DNA from: Lytechinus pictus
Taxonomy: Eukaryota
Assembly (NCBI RefSeq): GCF_037042905.1
Contig: NC_087251.1
Coordinates: forward strand, 35,714,001-35,774,000
Reading direction: 5' to 3'
DNA: 60,000 nt
The notes beneath the pieces are model-generated. The model searched no databases and was not told the origin of the DNA. It saw only the letters and a program-made list of their open reading frames with translations. Shown piece after piece: positions 1 through 11,204 of the stretch. Every line of letters begins with the position of its first letter. The stretch's first letter is position 1. A program made the translations under genes and the position numbers.

Positions 1-610
1 AATCTTGCTTGACTGGTAAACCAATTTGGCGTCGATCGAGGGGGACCGTCTGGTTCAGATTCTTTGCATAAAAGAAGACCCTGAAACTTTACCACTGCAT
101 CCAATATGCTATAAACGCTCTGATGGTCATAACCCTTGGAAGCGGAAGTACTGTTGGGTATTTTGTACACCATGAGCAGCACCCTCTTGGTAATTAGCTT
201 GGTATACTAAAATGTAGAGATTTGATACAAATCTCTGTTATTTTTCAAACAGAAGAAAAAACATTGTTTATTATCTAATTGTTATTATTTTTGTTGTAAT
301 TCTTTTTCTGACCTAAAAGAACTTCATTTAGTTGAAATATTTTTATGTCATTTTCCCCCTTAACCAAATCCCCTTTCATTTTGGAGTGAAAACTTTTTTT
401 TCTCGGCTTTTTTTTTTTAAACCAGCACCCCATTTTTCACTAACTTTTCAAAAGTAAGTGGTGCTCACTCAAGCGGAAATATTTTTCGACAGTTATATCG
501 TCATTTGCTTAAATGGATCTGTACCAATGTGAAAATGTGGAAAAATCTTCAGGATTTTAAATGCGGGGGCTTTTTGACAGTTCATTGCATGGGGGTTTAA
601 GACTTGCCAT
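1..610. mobile_element. Right part of the 1.16-kb TIR element (full copy at 8153-9312)
   Basis: Ends in ATGCGGGGGCTTTTTGACAGTTCATTGCATGGGGGTTTAAGACTTGCCAT, matching 8703-9312. Confidence 0.85.
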
Positions 611-624
611 ATTTTACCTAGAAC

Positions 625-777
625 TGTCATTTTTACCTCTCCCATTATAACCCCTGCCATTTTACCTCTGCCATTATTACCTCTGCCATTTTTACCTCTG
701 TCATTTTTACCTCTGCCATTTTTACCTCTGCCATTTTTACCTCTGCCATTTCTACCTCTGCCATTTTTACACCGAGC
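625..777. repeat. 15-bp minisatellite (ACCTCTGCCATTTTT)n; copies at ~9327-9479 and ~15953-16105
   Basis: About 9-10 direct tandem 15-mers ending ...TTTTTACACCGAGC. This repeat produces the spurious KNGRG-repeat ORF. Confidence 0.95.
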
Positions 778-889
778 CAAAAATCTAAGAGGGTAAACTT
801 AAAAAAAAATGCCTGCTGTTACCTGTTCCTGAAACCATAAGTCATAGGATCAGTTTTCCCCAATGCATTTAAGCGTTGATACCGCAATT

Positions 890-2504
890 ATTCCTCACAT
901 GTGGATATTTTATGAATTAACACTATTTTCAAGTGATGGGAGTTATTAAGACGCTGTTCATTAAGACGCCGTTTTGGAAGCCATCTGGGATTTTTAGGCA
1001 AAATGGACAACTGCATATCATTGTTAACAGTCAAAAAATATTATTTGACCCTTGAAAACATAGTATAGACACCACAATCATATCTCTCAGGTGGATTTTT
1101 AATAAATTTGTAATTTTTTTCAGTCACAGCAGTCAATTAAGATTTTATATTTGGAAGCCATCTTGGATTTTTGGACATACTGGACCACTGGCTGTCCTTG
1201 TAACTTGTGGCAATATATTATTTGGCTCTATAAATCATGGTTTTCACACCAAAATCATATCTGCCAGGCAGATATTAAATGAACAATGTCCATTAGTATG
1301 TACAAACAGCCATTTCAAACTCCATTTTTAGAAGCCGTCTTCGATTCTTGGACATACTTGACCACTGACTGTCCTTTTAACTTTTCCTAATGTATTATTT
1401 GACCCTTTAAACCACAGTATAGACACCACAATCATATCTCTCAGGTGGATTTTTAATGAAGTATGTCCATTTCCAGTAACAACAGTTAATTTAGACTCCA
1501 TTTTTAAAGCCATTTTGGAGTTTTGGACATGTAGGACCACTGACTGACCTTTGAACTTTCATAATATATTATTTGACCCTTTAGACAATCGTTTTGACAC
1601 CAAAATCATATATCCCAGGCACATATCAAAATAATGAACTATGTCCATTTGTAAGTGAAAGCATCCAATTTATACCCCATTTTTGGAAGCCATCTTGGAT
1701 TTTATGACATAATGCATTATTAGACCCTTTAGACCCCAAAATATCATCTCCCAGGCAGATAATAAATAATCTCAATTGAGACTCCATTTTTACAAGCCAT
1801 CTTCGATTTTTATGTCAATTTTTCAGTAACAGCAGTAAATTTAAACTCCATTTTTTGAAGAAATCTTTGATTTTTGGACGTACTGGACCACTGACTGTCC
1901 TTTTAACCTGTCCTAATGTATCATTTGACCCTTTAAACCATGGTTTAGATACCACAATCATATATCTCCAGCAGATATTAAATGTACTATGTCCATTTGT
2001 AAATAATAGCAACAATTTAAGACCCCATTTTTGGAAGCAATCTTGAATTTTTGGACATACTTGACCACTGACTGTCCTTGTAACTTGTCCAAATGTACTA
2101 CTTGACCCTTAACACCACTGAATATAAACAAAATTAAAGATACTAACATTAGTAATCGATAAATTGTGGATTTTCAGGCTTTAGCGGCCATTTTAGACGC
2201 CATCTTGGAATTTAAGGTATACTGGTCTGCCTATGTTCACTCTAACCACTATCAATAGTTCTTTTTACACCTTTAAACCATGAAATATGCACCAAAATTT
2301 GATGTCTAGGGTGGATGACGAGTGGGTTATGTCCATTTTCTGTGAATGGCGGCCATTTTGGACGCCATCTTGGATTACGGAACACCCTCAAGGAGGATAT
2401 ATAAGGGCTTTTAGTATGTTATTCTAGACATATTTCTGGACCTATCCTGAAAAAATCAGCTTGTTACCAAAAATTTCCATGTTACACCTAATGCTCTTGG
2501 CCTA
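890..2504 (+). mobile_element. Right arm of a satellite-bearing TIR transposon (element A), made of ~176-bp monomers with GCCATCTTGG motifs
   Basis: Monomer landmarks fall near 980, 1157, 1333, 1509 and 1689. The arm ends CCTAATGCTCTTGGCCTA at 2504. 1328-2504 is nearly identical to 3707-4883. Confidence 0.8.
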
Positions 2505-4883
2505 GTCCAAGAGCATTAGGCCAAAATAGGCTTAAGAAAGGAAATTTCAGGTAACAAGCTGAATTTTTCAGGATAGGTCCAGGAATATGTATAGCATAAC
2601 ATACTAAAAGTCCTCATATATCCTCCTTGAGGGTTTTCCGTAATCCAAGATAGCGTCCAAAATGGCCGCCATTACAGAAAATGGCCATAACGCTCTCATT
2701 ATCCGACCTAGACATCAAATTTTGGTGCTTATTCCATGGTTTAAAGGTGTAAAAAGTGCTATTGACACAGGTTAGAGTGAACATAAGCAGACCAGTATAC
2801 CTAAAAATCCAAGATGGCATATAAAATGGCCGCCAAAGCCTAAAAATCCACAATTAATTTATTGCTTATATAGTATCTTTAATTCTGTTTCTATTCAATG
2901 GTTTTAAGGGTCAAGTAGTACATTTGGACAAGTGACATGGACAGTCAGTGGTCAAGTATGTCCAAAAATGGGGTCTTAAATGGCTTCTATTACTTACAAA
3001 TGGACATAGTACATTTAATATCTTCCAGCTGGATATACGATTGTGGTGTCTAACCATGGTTTGAAGGGTCAAATAATACATTAGGACAGGTCTAAAAGAC
3101 ACTCAGTGGTCCAGTATGTCCAAAAATCCAAGACGACGTCCAAAAATGGAGTCTAAATTGACTACTGTTACTGAAAAATTGACATAAAAATCGAAGATGG
3201 CTTGTAAAAATGGAGTCTCAATTGAGATTATTTATTATCTGCCTGGGAGATGATATTTTGGGGTCTAAAGGGTCTAATAATGCATTATGTCATAAAATCC
3301 AAGATGGCTTCCAAAAATGGGGTATAAATTGGATGCTTTCACTTACAAATGGACATAGTTCATTATTTTGATATGTGCCTGGGATATATGATTTTGGTGT
3401 CAAAACGATTGTCTAAAGGGTCAAATAATATATTATGAAAGTTCAAAGGACAGTCAGTGGTCCTACATGTCCAAAACTCCAAAATGGCTTTAAAAATGGA
3501 GTCTAAATTAACTGTTGTTACTGAAAATGGACATACTTCATTAAAAATTTTGGACATACTGGACCACTGACTGTCCTTTTAACCTGTCCTAATGTATCAT
3601 TTGACCCTTTAAACCATGGTTTAGATACCACAATCATATATCTCCAGCAGATATTAAATGTACTATGTCCATTTGTAAATAATAGCAACAATTTAAGACC
3701 CCATTTTTAGAAGCCGTCTTCGATTCTTGGACATACTTGACCACTGACTGTCCTTTTAACTTTTCCTAATGTATTATTTGACCCTTTAAACCACAGTATA
3801 GACACCACAATCATATCTCTCAGGTGGATTTTTAATGAAGTATGTCCATTTCCAGTAACAACAGTTAATTTAGACTCCATTTTTAAAGCCATTTTGGAGT
3901 TTTGGACATGTAGGACCACTGACTGACCTTTGAACTTTCATAATATATTATTTGACCCTTTAGACAATCGTTTTGACACCAAAATCATATATCCCAGGCA
4001 CATATCAAAATAATGAACTATGTCCATTTGTAAGTGAAAGCATCCAATTTATACCCCATTTTTGGAAGCCATCTTGGATTTTATGACATAATGCATTATT
4101 AGACCCTTTAGACCCCAAAATATCATCTCCCAGGCAGATAATAAACTATCTCAATTGAGACTCCATTTTTACAAGCCATCTTCGATTTTTATGTCAATTT
4201 TTCAGTAACAGCAGTAAATTTAAACTCCATTTTTTGAAGAAATCTTTGATTTTTGGACGTACTGGACCACTAACTGTCCTTTTAACCTGTCCTAATGTAT
4301 CATTTGACCCTTTAAACCATGGTTTAGATACCACAATCATATATCTCCAGCAGATATTAAATGTACTATGTCCATTTGTAAATAATAGCAACAATTTAAG
4401 ACCCCATTTTTGGAAGCAATCTTGAATTTTTGGACATACTTGACCACTGACTGTCCTTGTAACTTGTCCAAATGTACTACTTGACCCTTAACACCACTGA
4501 ATATAAACAAAATTAAAGATACTAACATTAGTAATCGATAAATTGTGGATTTTCAGGCTTTAGCGGCCATTTTAGACGCCATCTTGGAATTTAAGGTATA
4601 CTGGTCTGCCTATGTTCACTCTAACCAGTATCAATAGTTCTTTTTACACCTTTAAACCATGAAATATGCACCAAAATTTGATGTCTAGGGTGGATGACGA
4701 GTGGGTTATGTCCATTTTCTGTGAATGGCGGCCATTTTGGACGCCATCTTGGATTACGGAAAACCCTCAAGGAGGATATATAAGGGCTTTTAGTATGTTA
4801 TTCTAGACATATTTCTGGACCTATCCTGAAAAAATCAGCTTGTTACCAAAATTTTCCATGTTACACCTAATGCTCTTGGCCTA
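2503..4883. mobile_element. Non-autonomous foldback DNA transposon (element B, 2381 bp) with TAG...CTA termini; possibly Academ-like
   Basis: The left end TAGTCCAAGAGCATTAGG and right end CCTAATGCTCTTGGCCTA are inverted with 1 mismatch. The arms are ~1-kb inverted satellite arrays that switch strand at ~3548. There is no credible ORF. The Academ suggestion rests only on the TAG termini. Confidence 0.8.
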
Positions 4884-5288
4884 CAATGCGAGGGTCAACA
4901 CATTTGCGCAATTTTTAGACGCCATTTTCGAGTCGTAAATTACCGGAGAAATCATTTCCTTCTTCATCAGAATGGTTGCTTTTTCGCGTGTCTAAGACTT
5001 TATATATGATTCTGATTCGGGAATCTGATATAATTATGACGGTGTGGCTTCTGTTTAAGGTCATCTTTCATTTAAAATTGGATTTGTGGATAGATTGAGC
5101 ATTACTTTGGCTGAGCAGTGCCGGATTCATACAGACCAATTTGACAGTCATTCATTTATAATCGGCAACCTCTGGGGTAGATGGTAGACCGGGATCAATC
5201 TATCAATCACAAAAGTAAGTTATAAAGGGATTATATAGATCATTATTATCATTCTACAATAATTATTTAGAGGGTTGCACACACTATA
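4884..5288 (+). repeat. ~400-bp fragment of the 11-12-kb unit captured in the 6.6-kb unit (also 6960-7364, 13586-13990, 19529-19933)
   Basis: Matches ~31308-31710, ~43460-43863 and ~55769-56172 from (C)AATGCGAGGGTC to TTGCACACACTATA. Confidence 0.95.
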
Positions 5289-5453
5289 TTTTTACCTCTG
5301 CCATTTTTACCACTGCCATTATTACCTCTGCCATTTTACCTCTGCCATTTTTACCTCTGCCATTTTTACCTCTGCCATTATTACCTCTGCCAATTTTACT
5401 TCTGCCATTTTTACCTCTGCCATTTTCACCTCTGCCATTTTTACCTGGCACCG
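5289..5453. repeat. 15-bp minisatellite, second block (also 7365-7529, 13991-14155, 19934-20098)
   Basis: About 10 tandem ACCTCTGCCATTTTT-type units ending TTTTTACCTGGCACCG. Confidence 0.95.
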
Positions 5454-5599
5454 GATTTTTGCACATAATGAAAAGCTGAACATCCTTGTTACTTGTCCTA
5501 TATTTGCCAATTCACTTCTCACAGGTGGATATGAAGTATGACCGTTTTTAAGTGATGGGAGTTACACGGCATTTTGGAAGCCCTCTTGGATTTTAATGC

Positions 5600-7675
5600 A
5601 AAATGGACATACTTCATTAAAAATTTTGGACATACTGGACCACTGACTGTCCTTTTAACCTGTCCTAATGTATCATTTGACCCTTTAAACCATGGTTTAG
5701 ATACCACAATCATATATCTCCAGCAGATATTAAATGTACTATGTCCATTTGTAAATAATAGCAACAATTTAAGACCCCATTTTTAGAAGCCGTCTTCGAT
5801 TCTTGGACATACTTGACCACTGACTGTCCTTTTAACTTTTCCTAATGTATTATTTGACCCTTTAAACCACAGTATAGACACCACAATCATATCTCTCAGG
5901 TGGATTTTTAATGAAGTATGTCCATTTCCAGTAACAACAGTTAATTTAGACTCCATTTTTAAAGCCATTTTGGAGTTTTGGACATGTAGGACCACTGACT
6001 GACCTTTGAACTTTCATAATATATTATTTGACCCTTTAGACAATCGTTTTGACACCAAAATCATATATCCCAGGCACATATCAAAATAATGAACTATGTC
6101 CATTTGTAAGTGAAAGCATCCAATTTATACCCCATTTTTGGAAGCCATCTTGGATTTTATGACATAATGCATTATTAGACCCTTTAGACCCCAAAATATC
6201 ATCTCCCAGGCAGATAATAAACTATCTCAATTGAGACTCCATTTTTACAAGCCATCTTCGATTTTTATGTCAATTTTTCAGTAACAGCAGTAAATTTAAA
6301 CTCCATTTTTTGAAGAAATCTTTGATTTTTGGACGTACTGGACCACTAACTGTCCTTTTAACCTGTCCTAATGTATCATTTGACCCTTTAAACCATGGTT
6401 TAGATACCACAATCATATATCTCCAGCAGATATTAAATGTACTATGTCCATTTGTAAATAATAGCAACAATTTAAGACCCCATTTTTGGAAGCAATCTTG
6501 AATTTTTGGACATACTTGACCACTGACTGTCCTTGTAACTTGTCCAAATGTACTACTTGACCCTTAACACCACTGAATATAAACAAAATTAAAGATACTA
6601 ACATTAGTAATCGATAAATTGTGGATTTTCAGGCTTTAGCGGCCATTTTAGACGCCATCTTGGAATTTAAGGTATACTGGTCTGCCTATGTTCACTCTAA
6701 CCAGTATCAATAGTTCTTTTTACACCTTTAAACCATGAAATATGCACCAAAATTTGATGTCTAGGGTGGATGACGAGTGGGTTATGTCCATTTTCTGTGA
6801 ATGGCGGCCATTTTGGACGCCATCTTGGATTACGGAAAACCCTCAAGGAGGATATATAAGGGCTTTTAGTATGTTATTCTAGACATATTTCTGGACCTAT
6901 CCTGAAAAAATCAGCTTGTTACCAAAATTTTCCATGTTACACCTAATGCTCTTGGCCTACAATGCGAGGGTCAACACATTTGCGCAATTTTTAGACGCCA
7001 TTTTCGAGTCGTAAATTACCGGAGAAATCATTTCCTTCTTCATCAGAATGGTTGCTTTTTCGCGTGTCTAAGACTTTATATATGATTCTGATTCGGGAAT
7101 CTGATATAATTATGACGGTGTGGCTTCTGTTTAAGGTCATCTTTCATTTAAAATTGGATTTGTGGATAGATTGAGCATTACTTTGGCTGAGCAGTGCCGG
7201 ATTCATACAGACCAATTTGACAGTCATTCATTTATAATCGGCAACCTCTGGGGTAGATGGTAGACCGGGATCAATCTATCAATCACAAAAGTAAGTTATA
7301 AAGGGATTATATAGATCATTATTATCATTCTACAATAATTATTTAGAGGGTTGCACACACTATATTTTTACCTCTGCCATTTTTACCACTGCCATTATTA
7401 CCTCTGCCATTTTACCTCTGCCATTTTTACCTCTGCCATTTTTACCTCTGCCATTATTACCTCTGCCAATTTTACTTCTGCCATTTTTACCTCTGCCATT
7501 TTCACCTCTGCCATTTTTACCTGGCACCGGATTTTTGCACATAATGAAAAGCTGAACATCCTTGTTACTTGTCCTATATTTGCCAATTCACTTCTCACAG
7601 GTGGATATGAAGTATGACCGTTTTTAAGTGATGGGAGTTACACGGCATTTTGGAAGCCCTCTTGGATTTTAATGC
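5600..7675. repeat. 2076-bp internal tandem duplication specific to unit 1
   Basis: ORFs repeat with offset 2076 (3707/5783, 5275/7351). The junction at ~5600 lies within a shared AAAATGGACA. Confidence 0.92.
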
Positions 7676-8152
7676 AAAATGGACAATTACATATCATTGT
7701 GAGGGGTCCCAAAATATTATTTGACTCCTGAAACTATAGACACCAAAATACTAGTAATATCTCTCACGCGGATGTAAAATATAATAATGTCCCTTTGTAA
7801 GTAATAGCAGCCACTTTAGACTCCATTTTTGGCAGCCATCTTTGATTTTTGGACATACTGGACCTCTGAGTGTCCTTTTATCTTCTCGTTATGTATTATT
7901 TGACCCTTTAAACCATGGTTTTAGACACAACAATCATATCTCTCGGGTGGATTCTTAATGAAGTATGTCAATTTTTCAGCAGCAGCAGTCAATTTAGACA
8001 CCATTTTTGGAAGCCATCTTGGATTTTTGGACATGCTGGACCACTAGCAGTCCTTTTTACATGTCCTGGTGTATTTATTTGACCCTTTAAACAATAGTTT
8101 AGACACCACAATCATATCTTTCGGGTGGATTTTTAATGAAGTATGTAACTCC
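7590..8152 (+). repeat. Diverged ~175-bp satellite monomers of the same family (also ~14216-14778, ~20159-20721)
   Basis: Contains GCCATCTTGGATTTTTGGACAT and TATTATTTGACCCTTTAAA motifs. It parallels 890-1330. Confidence 0.85.
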
Positions 8153-9312
8153 ATGGCCAGTCTTAAACCCCCATGCAATGAATTGTCAAAAAGCCCCCGC
8201 ATACATACATTAAATAAGTGCTTGTCACGGTTAGGCATTTCATCATCATTATGTATTCATCGGCCTAACAATGCTATTTACGAATTCGTTGGAGGTGTAC
8301 CGTGAACGCTTTTTAAAAAGAAATCAAACGACAGATATTTTTTCATTCAATTTATCAGGAGCAAAATGAAACTGCACTATTCTCATTCATCATTTTATAA
8401 CATTCCTTTTTGTCTGGCTGTTTTTTTTATATCTAAAGTTTCGCCAGGTTTACCGATGCAAAAAGGAGGAAGAGTAGACATAAGAGAGATGGAGAGACAG
8501 AGAGGGTTAGGGGGCGGGGAAAAACATATAGAACATAGCGGGGAAAGCTTAGACGTTGAAATTGTCACGATTGATTGTGGTTAAATATTGTGTCCTTATT
8601 TGTAATGTCGTCTGTACTATTCTTTTTAAATAATTGAATGACAATAAGCATGCGTTCCCAGGCTTGGCACTGAATATGAAACTGATTATTAAAATCAATA
8701 ATAATCTTGCTTGACTGGTAAACCAATTTGGCGTCGATCGAGGGGGACCGTCTGGTTCAGATTCTTTGCATAAAAGAAGACCCTGAAACTTTACCACTGC
8801 ATCCAATATGCTATAAACGCTCTGATGGTCATAACCCTTGGAAGCGGAAGTACTGTTGGGTATTTTGTACACCATGAGCAGCACCCTCTTGGTAATTAGC
8901 TTGGTATACTAAAATGTAGAGATTTGATACAAATCTCTGTTATTTTTCAAACAGAAGAAAAAACATTGTTTATTATCTAATTGTTATTATTTTTGTTGTA
9001 ATTCTTTTTCTGACCTAAAAGAACTTCATTTAGTTGAAATATTTTTATGTCATTTTCCCCCTTAACCAAATCCCCTTTCATTTTGGAGTGAAAACTTTTT
9101 TTTCTCGGCTTTTTTTTTTTAAACCAGCACCCCATTTTTCACTAACTTTTCAAAAGTAAGTGGTGCTCACTCAAGCGGAAATATTTTTCGACAGTTATAT
9201 CGTCATTTGCTTAAATGGATCTGTACCAATGTGAAAATGTGGAAAAATCTTCAGGATTTTAAATGCGGGGGCTTTTTGACAGTTCATTGCATGGGGGTTT
9301 AAGACTTGCCAT
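8153..9312. mobile_element. 1160-bp non-autonomous element with ~50-bp TIRs and no TSD
   Basis: ATGGCCAGTCTTAAACCCCCATGCAATGAATTGTCAAAAAGCCCCCGCAT at the left end is the reverse complement of the right end with 2 mismatches. Confidence 0.88.
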
Positions 9313-11204
9313 ATTTTACCTAGAACTGTCATTTTTACCTCTCCCATTATAACCCCTGCCATTTTACCTCTGCCATTATTACCTCTGCCATTTTTACCTC
9401 TGTCATTTTTACCTCTGCCATTTTTACCTCTGCCATTTTTACCTCTGCCATTTCTACCTCTGCCATTTTTACACCGAGCCAAAAATCTAAGAGGGTAAAC
9501 TTAAAAAAAAATGCCTGCTGTTACCTGTTCCTGAAACCATAAGTCATAGGATCAGTTTTCCCCAATGCATTTAAGCGTTGATACCGCAATTATTCCTCAC
9601 ATGTGGATATTTTATGAATTAACACTATTTTCAAGTGATGGGAGTTATTAAGACGCTGTTCATTAAGACGCCGTTTTGGAAGCCATCTGGGATTTTTAGG
9701 CAAAATGGACAACTGCATATCATTGTTAACAGTCAAAAAATATTATTTGACCCTTGAAAACATAGTATAGACACCACAATCATATCTCTCAGGTGGATTT
9801 TTAATAAATTTGTAATTTTTTTCAGTCACAGCAGTCAATTAAGATTTTATATTTGGAAGCCATCTTGGATTTTTGGACATACTGGACCACTGGCTGTCCT
9901 TGTAACTTGTGGCAATATATTATTTGGCTCTATAAATCATGGTTTTCACACCAAAATCATATCTGCCAGGCAGATATTAAATGAACAATGTCCATTAGTA
10001 TGTACAAACAGCCATTTCAAACTCCATTTTTAGAAGCCGTCTTCGATTCTTGGACATACTTGACCACTGACTGTCCTTTTAACTTTTCCTAATGTATTAT
10101 TTGACCCTTTAAACCACAGTATAGACACCACAATCATATCTCTCAGGTGGATTTTTAATGAAGTATGTCCATTTCCAGTAACAACAGTTAATTTAGACTC
10201 CATTTTTAAAGCCATTTTGGAGTTTTGGACATGTAGGACCACTGACTGACCTTTGAACTTTCATAATATATTATTTGACCCTTTAGACAATCGTTTTGAC
10301 ACCAAAATCATATATCCCAGGCACATATCAAAATAATGAACTATGTCCATTTGTAAGTGAAAGCATCCAATTTATACCCCATTTTTGGAAGCCATCTTGG
10401 ATTTTATGACATAATGCATTATTAGACCCTTTAGACCCCAAAATATCATCTCCCAGGCAGATAATAAATAATCTCAATTGAGACTCCATTTTTACAAGCC
10501 ATCTTCGATTTTTATGTCAATTTTTCAGTAACAGCAGTAAATTTAAACTCCATTTTTTGAAGAAATCTTTGATTTTTGGACGTACTGGACCACTGACTGT
10601 CCTTTTAACCTGTCCTAATGTATCATTTGACCCTTTAAACCATGGTTTAGATACCACAATCATATATCTCCAGCAGATATTAAATGTACTATGTCCATTT
10701 GTAAATAATAGCAACAATTTAAGACCCCATTTTTGGAAGCAATCTTGAATTTTTGGACATACTTGACCACTGACTGTCCTTGTAACTTGTCCAAATGTAC
10801 TACTTGACCCTTAACACCACTGAATATAAACAAAATTAAAGATACTAACATTAGTAATCGATAAATTGTGGATTTTCAGGCTTTAGCGGCCATTTTAGAC
10901 GCCATCTTGGAATTTAAGGTATACTGGTCTGCCTATGTTCACTCTAACCACTATCAATAGTTCTTTTTACACCTTTAAACCATGAAATATGCACCAAAAT
11001 TTGATGTCTAGGGTGGATGACGAGTGGGTTATGTCCATTTTCTGTGAATGGCGGCCATTTTGGACGCCATCTTGGATTACGGAACACCCTCAAGGAGGAT
11101 ATATAAGGGCTTTTAGTATGTTATTCTAGACATATTTCTGGACCTATCCTGAAAAAATCAGCTTGTTACCAAAAATTTCCATGTTACACCTAATGCTCTT
11201 GGCC

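Noticed and set aside
493..780. KNGRG-, MAEVK- and TSAIF-repeat ORFs (also 5275-5541 and copies)
   Set aside because: They are translations of a 15-bp minisatellite that is open in several frames on both strands, with no gene context.
890..4883. CRISPR-like regularly spaced motifs
   Set aside because: The sequences between motifs are homologous to each other (satellite monomers), there are no cas genes, and the context is eukaryotic.
8549..8884. 111-aa ORF inside the TIR element
   Set aside because: No recognisable transposase or other motif; it recurs only because the DNA was recently duplicated.
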